A stretch of DNA of 64,000 nt from Lentisphaeria bacterium UBA1732 (lineage in GTDB: Bacteria; Verrucomicrobiota; Lentisphaeria; Victivallales; UBA1829). Under the pieces are notes generated by a model. It had not been told where the DNA came from. It ran no database searches and saw only the letters and a program-made list of their open reading frames with translations. Location: the NCBI GenBank assembly GCA_002315855.1, contig DCIG01000013.1:1522-65521 (forward strand), read 5' to 3'. The position numbers and the translations under genes were made by a program. Positions 28,305 to 36,875 of the stretch are shown in pieces. Each line of letters starts with the position of its first letter. Position 1 is the stretch's first letter.

Positions 28305-28739
28305 ATGACAATGAATTGTGCAGAAAAATTACGAAAAGCGGACATTTCGCCATCGCCTCAACGCGTTGCGATTTTCGAGTATGTTCACGGCTCCAAACAA
28401 CACCCGACGGCAGAGACAATTTTCCGGGCACTGAAACCCTCCATGCCCGCTCTTTCCCTCACGACAGTATACAATACGCTGAAACTTCTGCTTCAGAAAA
28501 AAGTGATTCACGGAGTCATTATCGAAGACGGGGAAATGCGTTTTGACGGGGATACGGTTCCCCACGCTCATTTCAAATGTATGAAATGCGGACGAATCTT
28601 CGATTTTTCCACAAGCCTGACGGATGATGTGTGTGTGCCGGGACTTCCTCCTGGTTTTCAGGTCGCGGAAGCGCATTTATGCTATCGCGGCACCTGTGCA
28701 GACTGTCGGGACAGCTCAAAGCCGATTATTCCGGGATAA
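28305..28739 (+). CDS. perR: Fur-family transcriptional regulator, PerR-like
   Basis: The Fur-family fold has the DNA-binding helix (SLTTVYNTLKLL), HAHFKCMKCGRIFD, and a C-terminal CxxC (CADC). Confidence 0.8.
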   Translation: MTMNCAEKLRKADISPSPQRVAIFEYVHGSKQHPTAETIFRALKPSMPALSLTTVYNTLKLLLQKKVIHGVIIEDGEMRFDGDTVPHAHFKCMKCGRIFDFSTSLTDDVCVPGLPPGFQVAEAHLCYRGTCADCRDSSKPIIPG

Positions 28740-29871
28740 AGGCTTTCAACCCCGTTTTCTCCTCGACAAACGCGGCAATATTCCTGCGGAACGTTTCCAC
28801 CGAGAAACGGTCTGCGTTCTCCTCGCAGTCCTTTGCATTCCATGTCTTCTCCTCGAAACGCCGAATCGCGTCTGCCAGGGAATCCGCAGCCTTTTCGCGG
28901 AAAAACAGACCTGTTTTTCCATCGATAACCGTCTCCAATGCGCCCCCCTCTCCGTATGCAATCACCGGAGTGCCGGAGGCCTGCGCTTCCAACGGCACAA
29001 TGCCGAAATCTTCCGTACCGGGGAACAGCAGAGCTTTTGCTCCGGCATAAAGATTCCGCAGCTCTTCGTTGCTGACATGCCCCGCGAATCGAATCAAATC
29101 ACTCCCCTCTGCCATACTGCGAAGCTGTTTTTCCTGCGGTCCCGTCCCTGAAACGACAAGTTTGCGCCCGGCTTTCAAACAAGCCGCGACAGCCAGTTCC
29201 GCGTGTTTGTACGGTACTAATTGACCGGCCACCAGATAATATCCGCCGTCCGGCTTTTCAACGCCGTCCCCTCTTCGGAAATAACTCGTATTCACGGGCG
29301 GATAAATCACGGTGGCTTCCCGTCCGTAAATCCGTCGGATGCGGTCGGCGATGAAATTGCTGTTCGCGATAAAATAGTCCACGCCTTTCGCCGATTCCAG
29401 ATCATAATGCCGCAAATATCCCAGAAACAGTTTCATCGCCAGTTTTCCGGGAAGAGAAGCCGTGCGGTAGTATTCATCGTGCATATCCCACAGATAGCGC
29501 ATTGGAGTATGACAATAACAGATATGAATCGCGCCGGGACGTTTCCGGATGCCTTTTGCAGGGCCGGATTCACTGGACAGAATAACGTCATATTTCCGCA
29601 TATCCAGTAATTTCAATGCCAGCGGCATAAGAGGCAAAAACTTTTGACAGTGTTTGACGCCCAGCGGCAAATGCCCGATGAAAGTCTGATGAACCGGATG
29701 CCCGTCAAAGGGAGCTCCGTGGATTTTTTCAGGGTCCCAGGCGTGAGTGTACAGGTCTCCCGCATACATGCGGCAAAATTCAGCCAGGACCTGTTCGCCG
29801 CCTCTGAAATTGGTCAGCCAGTAATGGACAAGAGCAGTTTTTTTGTCATTCATCATTTTGCGCCTCTGCAC
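28726..29871 (-). CDS. Glycosyltransferase family 4 (GT-B)
   Basis: The EX7E region EDFGIVPLEAQASGTPVIAYGEGGALETV is present. The gene converges on perR with a 14-nt overlap. Confidence 0.85.
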   Translation of the reverse strand: MQRRKMMNDKKTALVHYWLTNFRGGEQVLAEFCRMYAGDLYTHAWDPEKIHGAPFDGHPVHQTFIGHLPLGVKHCQKFLPLMPLALKLLDMRKYDVILSSESGPAKGIRKRPGAIHICYCHTPMRYLWDMHDEYYRTASLPGKLAMKLFLGYLRHYDLESAKGVDYFIANSNFIADRIRRIYGREATVIYPPVNTSYFRRGDGVEKPDGGYYLVAGQLVPYKHAELAVAACLKAGRKLVVSGTGPQEKQLRSMAEGSDLIRFAGHVSNEELRNLYAGAKALLFPGTEDFGIVPLEAQASGTPVIAYGEGGALETVIDGKTGLFFREKAADSLADAIRRFEEKTWNAKDCEENADRFSVETFRRNIAAFVEEKTGLKAFIPE

Positions 29872-31241
29872 CGGATCACTTCACCGAACGTCGCGAAGAA
29901 AATATGCAGGTCCATCCAAACAGACCAGTTCTGAATATACCACAAATCGAGTGCCACCCGCTGTGCATAATCGGTGTCGCTGCGTCCCGAAACCTGCCAC
30001 AATCCGGTAATTCCGGGCTTGACTCGCGCAAAAATTTCATAGTTTTCGCCGTATTTCTCCACCTCGGATTCCACAATGGGGCGCGGTCCGATGATTGCAA
30101 TGCGCCCGGTCAGCACATCAAAAAACTGCGGCAGCTCATCCAGACTTGTCTTGCGCAGGAAGCGTCCGATTTTCGTAACACGCGGATCGTCGTTCAGCTT
30201 GAAATTTGCTTCCCATTCCGCTTTCAAAACCGGATTTTCCGACAGGATTTTTTCCAGCATCTTATCGGAATCCGCCTTCATGGTGCGGAATTTGTGAATC
30301 GTAATCGGAACTCCATCTCGCCCAAGCCGGTGCGACGCATAAATAATCGGACCCGGCCCCGATAATTTTACCAGCACCGCAAGCACAGCCATAACAGGCA
30401 GAATCAGAATGCAGATGATGATTGCAGTGCAAAATTCCAGCATGGATTTTGACACACGCGGAAAAAAATTCAACAGCTGGTTGCGGAACTGCGTTCCCGC
30501 AAGCCGGTGGATGTTTGCCGGTTCACCCCAAAGAATCGGATACCCGCCCCCGTCCGTCAGATACACAATGGACGAAAAATAACGTGTGTAATGGTACAAG
30601 TTATGCTGAATCACCTCAGGCGGAACACAGCAAATCAGAATATCCGTATTGTATTGTTTTGCGACCGCCACGGTGTCTTTCAGCCCGCCAAGGCGTTCCG
30701 ACTGCGCCGCATCATCATCCACGAAGCCGATTGGGTTCAGACCGAAGTGAATGTCCTTTCCCAGGTAGTCCAGCAGTGATTTTCCGCAGTGTCCATGTCC
30801 CGCCAGCAAAAACGGAATCTGTCCGATATGACATGCTTTCAGAATCATGCGCGTCAGATTTCGCATGGGAATCAGGAGAAGCATTGTCAGCGCAAAACTG
30901 CACAGAATCACGAAGCGCGAGTATAATTCCGCCTGCCGGTTCATTGCCAGATGCGCAAAAAAGAGCAGATACGTCAAGATCACCATCTGAAAGACGCTCT
31001 TGATTTCCTGAACCTGATTCAGCGCGATTTCCGTATGAAAAAGGTTGCCGTGGTAAAGATGAAACAACGCCCCGGCAAGCACAAAAGCACCCAGCATGGG
31101 CCATGTATCATAATACAGGCTCATTTCAAAACTTCCGCCCAACGCATGATAGACGGAGGCGACAAGAATCCACACAGCGGAAACCGTCAAAAGATCGGAC
31201 AGCAGCAGAGCAGTAATCCGAATCCGTGTCTGAAGCATCAT
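29853..31241 (-). CDS. Polyprenyl-phosphate hexose-1-phosphate transferase (WbaP/exopolysaccharide priming transferase family)
   Basis: The C-terminal bacterial sugar-transferase domain is present (DELPQFFDVLTGRIAIIGPRP...KPGITGLWQVSGRS). The N-terminal part has several TM segments. Confidence 0.85.
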   Translation of the reverse strand: MMLQTRIRITALLLSDLLTVSAVWILVASVYHALGGSFEMSLYYDTWPMLGAFVLAGALFHLYHGNLFHTEIALNQVQEIKSVFQMVILTYLLFFAHLAMNRQAELYSRFVILCSFALTMLLLIPMRNLTRMILKACHIGQIPFLLAGHGHCGKSLLDYLGKDIHFGLNPIGFVDDDAAQSERLGGLKDTVAVAKQYNTDILICCVPPEVIQHNLYHYTRYFSSIVYLTDGGGYPILWGEPANIHRLAGTQFRNQLLNFFPRVSKSMLEFCTAIIICILILPVMAVLAVLVKLSGPGPIIYASHRLGRDGVPITIHKFRTMKADSDKMLEKILSENPVLKAEWEANFKLNDDPRVTKIGRFLRKTSLDELPQFFDVLTGRIAIIGPRPIVESEVEKYGENYEIFARVKPGITGLWQVSGRSDTDYAQRVALDLWYIQNWSVWMDLHIFFATFGEVIRCRGAK

Positions 31242-31349
31242 TCAACCTCGTTCCATAAAAAATCATTCTGCCTGCGCAGAAGTCAACATAATATCCTTGA
31301 ATTGAAATAATATTTTTCAATCAGGATATTCCGCCCCACTCCGTATTAT

Positions 31350-31377
31350 AATTTACAGCCAAAACGCTTTTTTTCAA
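31350..31377 (-). promoter_or_regulatory. Sigma-70-like promoter of the wbaP-like/GT4 operon
   Basis: On the minus strand: TTGAAA, 16 nt, TAAATT. About 28 of 33 positions are identical to the rpoN promoter. Confidence 0.45.
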
Positions 31378-31522
31378 GGATGCCTCCTGAAAAACTGTTT
31401 CTGCCCGGTGTTTTCGGAATAATTCCTTAGGTACTTTTCTTGAAAATACATGCTTTTAATGGTATAGTAATAGCTGTTTTGCTTTTCTCTCTCCTGTTTT
31501 TCTGCATCCACGGATTTCCATT

Positions 31523-32695
31523 ATGAAATTTCACCAGCTCGGCGAACGCATTGAACAATATTTCATCGAAATTTTTGATGAGAAGCGGACCGGTCCTTTT
31601 GACCAGCTCGTATACGGCTTTCTGTTTCTTGCCTCGCGTTTCTACCGCAGTGCAGTCCAGTCCCGTATTTGGATGTATGAAAACCGAGTCATCCGGAACC
31701 ATTCCATTGGCTGCCTTGTCGTCAGTATCGGGAACCTGACTTGCGGCGGAACAGGCAAAACCCCGGTTGTTGAGATATTTGCGAAAACGCTCAGCAAAAA
31801 AGGACGGCGAGTTGCCATCCTGAGCCGAGGATACCGCAGCCGCGACCGTTCGTTTATCGACAAACTCCGCCATAAATTCAGTTCAAAAAAACGCGTCATT
31901 CCTCCCCGCATCGTTTCAGACGGCAAAAAACTGCTTCTGAACTCCCTGACGGCAGGCGATGAGCCATACATGCTCGCCTCCAATCTCAAAGACGTCGTGG
32001 TACTGGTCGATAAAGACCGCGTGAAATCAGGACTTTACGCAATTGAACATTTCCAGACGGACACGCTGATTATGGATGACGGATTCCAGTATCTGAATCT
32101 GAAACCGCACATCAACATTCTCCTCGTGGATGCCACCAATCCTTTCGGCAATCACCATGTTCTGCCGCGCGGTCTTCTTCGCGAGCCGATCACGAATATC
32201 CAGCGAGCCGATTATGTCTTCCTCTCCAAATCCAATGGGTCGCCCAGTCTCCAGCATTTGAAGGATTTCATCCGCAAACACAATCGCCGTGCTGAAATCA
32301 TCGAATGCTGTCATAAGCCTCAATATCTGGAAGATGTCTTCGAGCGCGGCATCCGATTCCCGCTGAATAAATTGGAGGGGAAAAAAATCGCCTCGCTTTC
32401 TGCAATCGCCAATCCAGCCAGTTTCAACGGTTTTCTGATTCAGCATGGTGCCCGAATCGTCATGAAACGCCATTTTGCCGACCACCATCGCTACAGTCAG
32501 CAGGAAATGATTGACGCAATCAACGATGCGAAAGACGCCGGCGCAGAATACATTCTCACCACGGAAAAAGACGCCGTGCGTATGCCTCGTCTGGACCGCC
32601 GCGATCTTCCGTTTTTGTTTCTCCGCATCGAAATTGACATCCTCAGCGGGCAGGAGAGCTTTGACCAGTGCATCAGCCGTCTCTGCTTTCTGTAA
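31523..32695 (+). CDS. lpxK: Tetraacyldisaccharide 4'-kinase
   Basis: P-loop context VVSIGNLTCGGTGKTPVVE and ILSRGYRS. Confidence 0.9.
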   Translation: MKFHQLGERIEQYFIEIFDEKRTGPFDQLVYGFLFLASRFYRSAVQSRIWMYENRVIRNHSIGCLVVSIGNLTCGGTGKTPVVEIFAKTLSKKGRRVAILSRGYRSRDRSFIDKLRHKFSSKKRVIPPRIVSDGKKLLLNSLTAGDEPYMLASNLKDVVVLVDKDRVKSGLYAIEHFQTDTLIMDDGFQYLNLKPHINILLVDATNPFGNHHVLPRGLLREPITNIQRADYVFLSKSNGSPSLQHLKDFIRKHNRRAEIIECCHKPQYLEDVFERGIRFPLNKLEGKKIASLSAIANPASFNGFLIQHGARIVMKRHFADHHRYSQQEMIDAINDAKDAGAEYILTTEKDAVRMPRLDRRDLPFLFLRIEIDILSGQESFDQCISRLCFL

Positions 32696-32750
32696 GATTT
32701 TTCCTGCAATACGCGCATTAAGAATTTCTTTCTTTATTTTTCACAAAATC

Positions 32751-32765
32751 AACACAATCTGTGTT
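32751..32765. promoter_or_regulatory. Palindrome AACACA-ATC-TGTGTT upstream of the ppdK promoter
   Basis: A perfect 6-3-6 inverted repeat lies 60 nt upstream of the -35. Confidence 0.25.
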
Positions 32766-32824
32766 AAAAACAATCTTTTTCTTATAAATAACTACAATTT
32801 TCGCTTTTTTTCGCACGGGAACAC

Positions 32825-32852
32825 TTGATTTTTTTCCATTCTGTTCTATATT
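32825..32852 (+). promoter_or_regulatory. Sigma-70-like promoter of ppdK
   Basis: TTGATT (32825-32830), 16 nt, TATATT (32847-32852). Confidence 0.5.
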
Positions 32853-32916
32853 AATTAGTTATCTCAAATGAATATGACGAAATATGTAAGTTCCAATCAA
32901 CGCGAAGGGAAATGGA

Positions 32917-35679
32917 ATGAAAAAGCAAGCAGCAACAAAAGTTGCAAAAGCAAACAAACAAGAAGTCAAAAAGTATGTCTACCTTTTCGGAAAAGGTATG
33001 AGCGATGGCGATGCGTCCATGAATGATCTGCTCGGCGGAAAAGGCGCAAACCTCGCTGAAATGGCAAAACTCGGTCTCCCTGTTCCGGCCGGGTTTACCA
33101 TCACAACTGAATGTTGTGTTGATTATTTCAACAACGGACAGAAAAACCCCGCCGGACTCGATGCGCAAGTCAAAGTTGCACTCGCCAAAGTCGAAAAAGT
33201 CATGGGCATGAAGTATGGCGACCCGGAAAATCCGCTCCTCGTTTCCTGCCGTTCCGGTGCCAGAAAATCCATGCCTGGCATGATGGAAACCGTTCTGAAC
33301 GTCGGTCTTGCATCTTCCACAATCCCCGGTTTGATTCAGAAAACCGGCAATGAGCGTTTCGTCTACGATGCTTACCGCCGCCTGATCATGATGTATTCGG
33401 ATGTGGTCATGGAAAAGGCGGAAGGCATTGAGCCGAAAGAAGGCGAAGCCATCCGCAAGCAGCTGGACGCCATGCTGGACGATCTGAAAAAGTCCAAAGG
33501 CTATGCTTCGGACACCGATCTTTCCGTTGCCGACCTCAAAAAGTTCTGCAAAGACTGCAAAGCACGTATCAAAAAAGTTCTGAAACGCGAATTCCCCGAT
33601 GATCCTGTCCTTCAGATGCAGGGAGCAATCGGTGCTGTTTTCAAAAGCTGGAACGGCAAAAAAGCGGTTTCCTACCGCCGTATCGAAGGCATTCCCGATG
33701 ACTGGGGTACTGCCGTCAACGTCCAGAGCATGGTCTTCGGCAACATGGGCGAAACTTCCGCCACCGGTGTGGCATTCACCCGCGACCCTGCTTCCGGAGA
33801 CAATAAATTCTACGGCGAATGGCTCGTCAATGCTCAGGGCGAAGACGTTGTAGCAGGTACCCGTACCCCGAATCCCCTGAACAACGAAACCAAAAACGAA
33901 CACAACAAGCATCTTGCGTCCATGGAAGAAATTCTTCCGGCTACCTACGCCGAACTTGTTGAAATCCGCAATAAGCTCGAACAGCATTATCATGATATGC
34001 TGGACATTGAGTTCACCATTCAGGATAAAAAACTCTACATGCTCCAGTGCCGCGTAGGGAAACGCACCGGCACCGCCGCCCTGAATATGGCGATGGACAT
34101 GCTGGACGAAAAACTCATCGACAAGAAAACTGCCGTAATGCGTGTTTCGCCTGCCCAGCTGGATGAACTCCTGCACCCGGTTCTCGACCCGAATGCCGAA
34201 AAGAGCAGCAAAGTCATTGCAAAAGGTTTGCCCGCAGGTCCCGGCGGCGCAGTCGGTCAGATTGTCTTCAATTCCGAAGACGCCATGAAGTTCGCTGCCG
34301 CCAAAAAGCCCTGCATCATGGTGCGTGAAGAAACCAACCCCGAAGACGTGGACGGTATGCGTGCTGCAACCGGTATTCTGACGGCTCGCGGCGGTATGAC
34401 CAGTCATGCGGCGCTCGTTTGCCGCGGCTGGGGCAAGTGCTGCATCGTCGGTGCGGCCTCCATCGAAGTCAACGAAGTGAAAAAGACGCTTGTGATTGAT
34501 GACAAAGTCTTCAAGGAAGGCGACATGCTGAGCTTGAACGGCACCAAAGGCTACGTCTATGGTTCCGCTCTGAAAACTGTTGACGCCAGCGAAAATCCGC
34601 GTCTCCAGCGATTCATGAAGATGGTTGACAAATTCAGAAAACTCGGCATCCGTGCCAATGCGGACACTCCGGCTGATGCCGCCGCCGCCCGTAATTTCGG
34701 CGCAGAAGGAATCGGTCTTTTCCGTACCGAACACATGTTCTACGGCGGCAGTGAGAAGCCTCTCTTTGCTCTTCGCAAGATGATTCTCAGCTCCACCGTG
34801 GAAGAACGCGTGAAAGCTCTGAAAGAACTCTTCCCCTACGTCAAGAAAGACATCCTGTCCACCATGCGTGCGATGGAAGGGCTGCCCGTAACCATCCGCT
34901 TCCTCGATCCCCCGCTGCACGAATTTGTGCCGCACTCCATCGAACAGCAGAAAGAGCTTGCCAAATCCATTGGCATTACGCTCAAGGAATTTCAGAAGCG
35001 CGCCGATGCGCTGAAGGAATCCAACCCCATGATGGGACACCGCGGTGTTCGTCTGGGCATCACCTACCCTGAAATCACCCGTATGCAGGCCCGCGCCATT
35101 TTTGAAGCCGCCGCTGAAATCATGCTGAAGGACAAAGCTTCCTGCCATGTGGAAATGATGGTCCCCGTGGTTTGCGATGTCAAGGAACTCAAGATTCAGA
35201 AGGCTCTCATTGCCGAAGTCGCCGCTGAAGTCTGCAAGAAAACCGGCATCAAAGCCTTTGACTACATGGTCGGCACCATGATTGAAATCCCCCGCGCGGC
35301 AATCCTTGCCGGCAGGATGGCGCAGGAAGCTGAATTCTTCTCATTCGGCACCAACGACCTCACCCAAATGACGTTCGGGTTCTCCCGCGATGACATCGGT
35401 GCATTTGTGGATGAATATCTCAATCAGGGCATCATTGAAAATGACCCGTTCCAGACCATCGACCCCGATGGCGTGGGCTGGCTCATCAAACATGCCGTTA
35501 CCGAAGGCCGCGCCACCCGCCCGAATCTCAAAATCGGGATTTGCGGCGAACAAGGCGGCGAACCTCGTTCCGTGGCTCTCTGCAACGCTCTTGGACTGTC
35601 CTATGTTTCCTGCAGTCCGTTCCGTGTGCCGATTGCCCGTCTGGCCGCCGCTCAGGCCGCCATCCAGGCTGATAAATAA
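32917..35679 (+). CDS. ppdK: Pyruvate, phosphate dikinase
   Basis: The phosphohistidine motif GGMTSHAALVCRGWG and the PEP-utilizer C-terminal motif GICGEQGGEP are present. The protein is 920 aa. Confidence 0.95.
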   Translation: MKKQAATKVAKANKQEVKKYVYLFGKGMSDGDASMNDLLGGKGANLAEMAKLGLPVPAGFTITTECCVDYFNNGQKNPAGLDAQVKVALAKVEKVMGMKYGDPENPLLVSCRSGARKSMPGMMETVLNVGLASSTIPGLIQKTGNERFVYDAYRRLIMMYSDVVMEKAEGIEPKEGEAIRKQLDAMLDDLKKSKGYASDTDLSVADLKKFCKDCKARIKKVLKREFPDDPVLQMQGAIGAVFKSWNGKKAVSYRRIEGIPDDWGTAVNVQSMVFGNMGETSATGVAFTRDPASGDNKFYGEWLVNAQGEDVVAGTRTPNPLNNETKNEHNKHLASMEEILPATYAELVEIRNKLEQHYHDMLDIEFTIQDKKLYMLQCRVGKRTGTAALNMAMDMLDEKLIDKKTAVMRVSPAQLDELLHPVLDPNAEKSSKVIAKGLPAGPGGAVGQIVFNSEDAMKFAAAKKPCIMVREETNPEDVDGMRAATGILTARGGMTSHAALVCRGWGKCCIVGAASIEVNEVKKTLVIDDKVFKEGDMLSLNGTKGYVYGSALKTVDASENPRLQRFMKMVDKFRKLGIRANADTPADAAAARNFGAEGIGLFRTEHMFYGGSEKPLFALRKMILSSTVEERVKALKELFPYVKKDILSTMRAMEGLPVTIRFLDPPLHEFVPHSIEQQKELAKSIGITLKEFQKRADALKESNPMMGHRGVRLGITYPEITRMQARAIFEAAAEIMLKDKASCHVEMMVPVVCDVKELKIQKALIAEVAAEVCKKTGIKAFDYMVGTMIEIPRAAILAGRMAQEAEFFSFGTNDLTQMTFGFSRDDIGAFVDEYLNQGIIENDPFQTIDPDGVGWLIKHAVTEGRATRPNLKIGICGEQGGEPRSVALCNALGLSYVSCSPFRVPIARLAAAQAAIQADK

Positions 35680-35701
35680 TCAGTTCTCTTTCCAAAAATG
35701 C

Positions 35702-35741
35702 AAAAGCCGTCTGACCCTCAAAAGTCAGACGGCTTTTTTTC
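35702..35741. terminator. Bidirectional rho-independent terminator (ppdK / kamA-like convergent pair)
   Basis: The 10-bp stem gccgtctgac/gtcagacggc is flanked by AAAA on the left and T7 on the right. Confidence 0.8.
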
Positions 35742-35789
35742 ATCGAAAAAACGGATTTCAACACCATGGCTGAAATCAGCTCGGAAGAG

Positions 35790-36857
35790 TTATTTTTCCC
35801 CTGCCTCGTGCGGATTCCACTCATCACATGCGCCGTAATAGCGAATCATATGTCCGTCCGCGATGTCGGGAAATGAATCCCCCTTCCGGTAATCCGGCTG
35901 CAACGCAACTTTTCCACCGCCCTCCGGCAAATCCAGCGCGAAAGTCGGCACCGCCAGCGAACTGAGACGCGGACGGAATGCCCGCAGAATATCCAGTCCC
36001 TTCTCAATCCCCGTTGCGAAATGGCGCACGCCCCGCACCGGGTCCACATGGAATAAATAATGCGGTTTCACCTTGCATTTGATGAGCTTGCGGAAAAGTT
36101 CCTCCAGCACAGCCGCATCATCGTTGACACCTTTCAGCAGCACACTCTGATTGATCATCGGGATGCCGCGTGATGCAAAAGTCCGGCACAGTGCCGCCGC
36201 TTCAGGCGTTACCTCGCGCGGATGATTGAAGTGCAGAGCCAGCCACAAGCAGTCGTAACTTGCCAGCAAATCGATTTTCTCCTGCGTTACGGCCATGGGA
36301 AGCACCACAGGGAGCCGTGTCCCCAGACGGATGATTTCCACAGTGGGGACGGATGCCACTGCATCCAGAATGCGTTTGAGCAGGTGGAACGGCAGAAACA
36401 GCGGATCGCCGCCTGTAACCAGCACTTCCCGGATTTCCGGTGTTTTGCGAAGCCATTCTGCGGCGGTGTCAATCTCCTCCGGCGTAATATCCTTCAGTTC
36501 GCTGCCTGTAGTCCATGCCCGCTTGCGGAAACAGAATCTGCACCGCATTGCGCATTTCCCGGTTGTCAGCAGGACAATTCGGTCGGCATAGCGGCGCACG
36601 ACGCGCGGCACCGGAGACTGAATTTCTTCCGCCAGCGGATCACAGCTTGCGCATTCGTCCTGAAGTTCCGCTTCATCCGGCAGACTTTGACGGTAAATCG
36701 GGTCGTTTTCGCCTGCCGCCGGATCAATCAGTCCCAGATAATAGCTGTTCGTCAGGACCGGATAACGCTTTTCGACCGCTTCATCCGCAGAAGAAGACGG
36801 CAGACCGAGAGCTTTTTTCGCCTCGGCCGCCGTATGATAAAAATGAATTCCCTGCAT
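35790..36857 (-). CDS. KamA-family radical SAM protein (lysine 2,3-aminomutase/EpmB-like)
   Basis: Radical SAM cluster CAMRCRFCFRKR. KamA-type motifs VLVTGGDPL and HFNHPRE. Confidence 0.8.
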   Translation of the reverse strand: MQGIHFYHTAAEAKKALGLPSSSADEAVEKRYPVLTNSYYLGLIDPAAGENDPIYRQSLPDEAELQDECASCDPLAEEIQSPVPRVVRRYADRIVLLTTGKCAMRCRFCFRKRAWTTGSELKDITPEEIDTAAEWLRKTPEIREVLVTGGDPLFLPFHLLKRILDAVASVPTVEIIRLGTRLPVVLPMAVTQEKIDLLASYDCLWLALHFNHPREVTPEAAALCRTFASRGIPMINQSVLLKGVNDDAAVLEELFRKLIKCKVKPHYLFHVDPVRGVRHFATGIEKGLDILRAFRPRLSSLAVPTFALDLPEGGGKVALQPDYRKGDSFPDIADGHMIRYYGACDEWNPHEAGEK

Positions 36858-36875
36858 GGAATCAATCAGCGAAAA

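Noticed and set aside
32851-35148. A 765-aa minus-strand ORF.
   Set aside because: It is antisense to ppdK, with no domains, so it is a shadow ORF.
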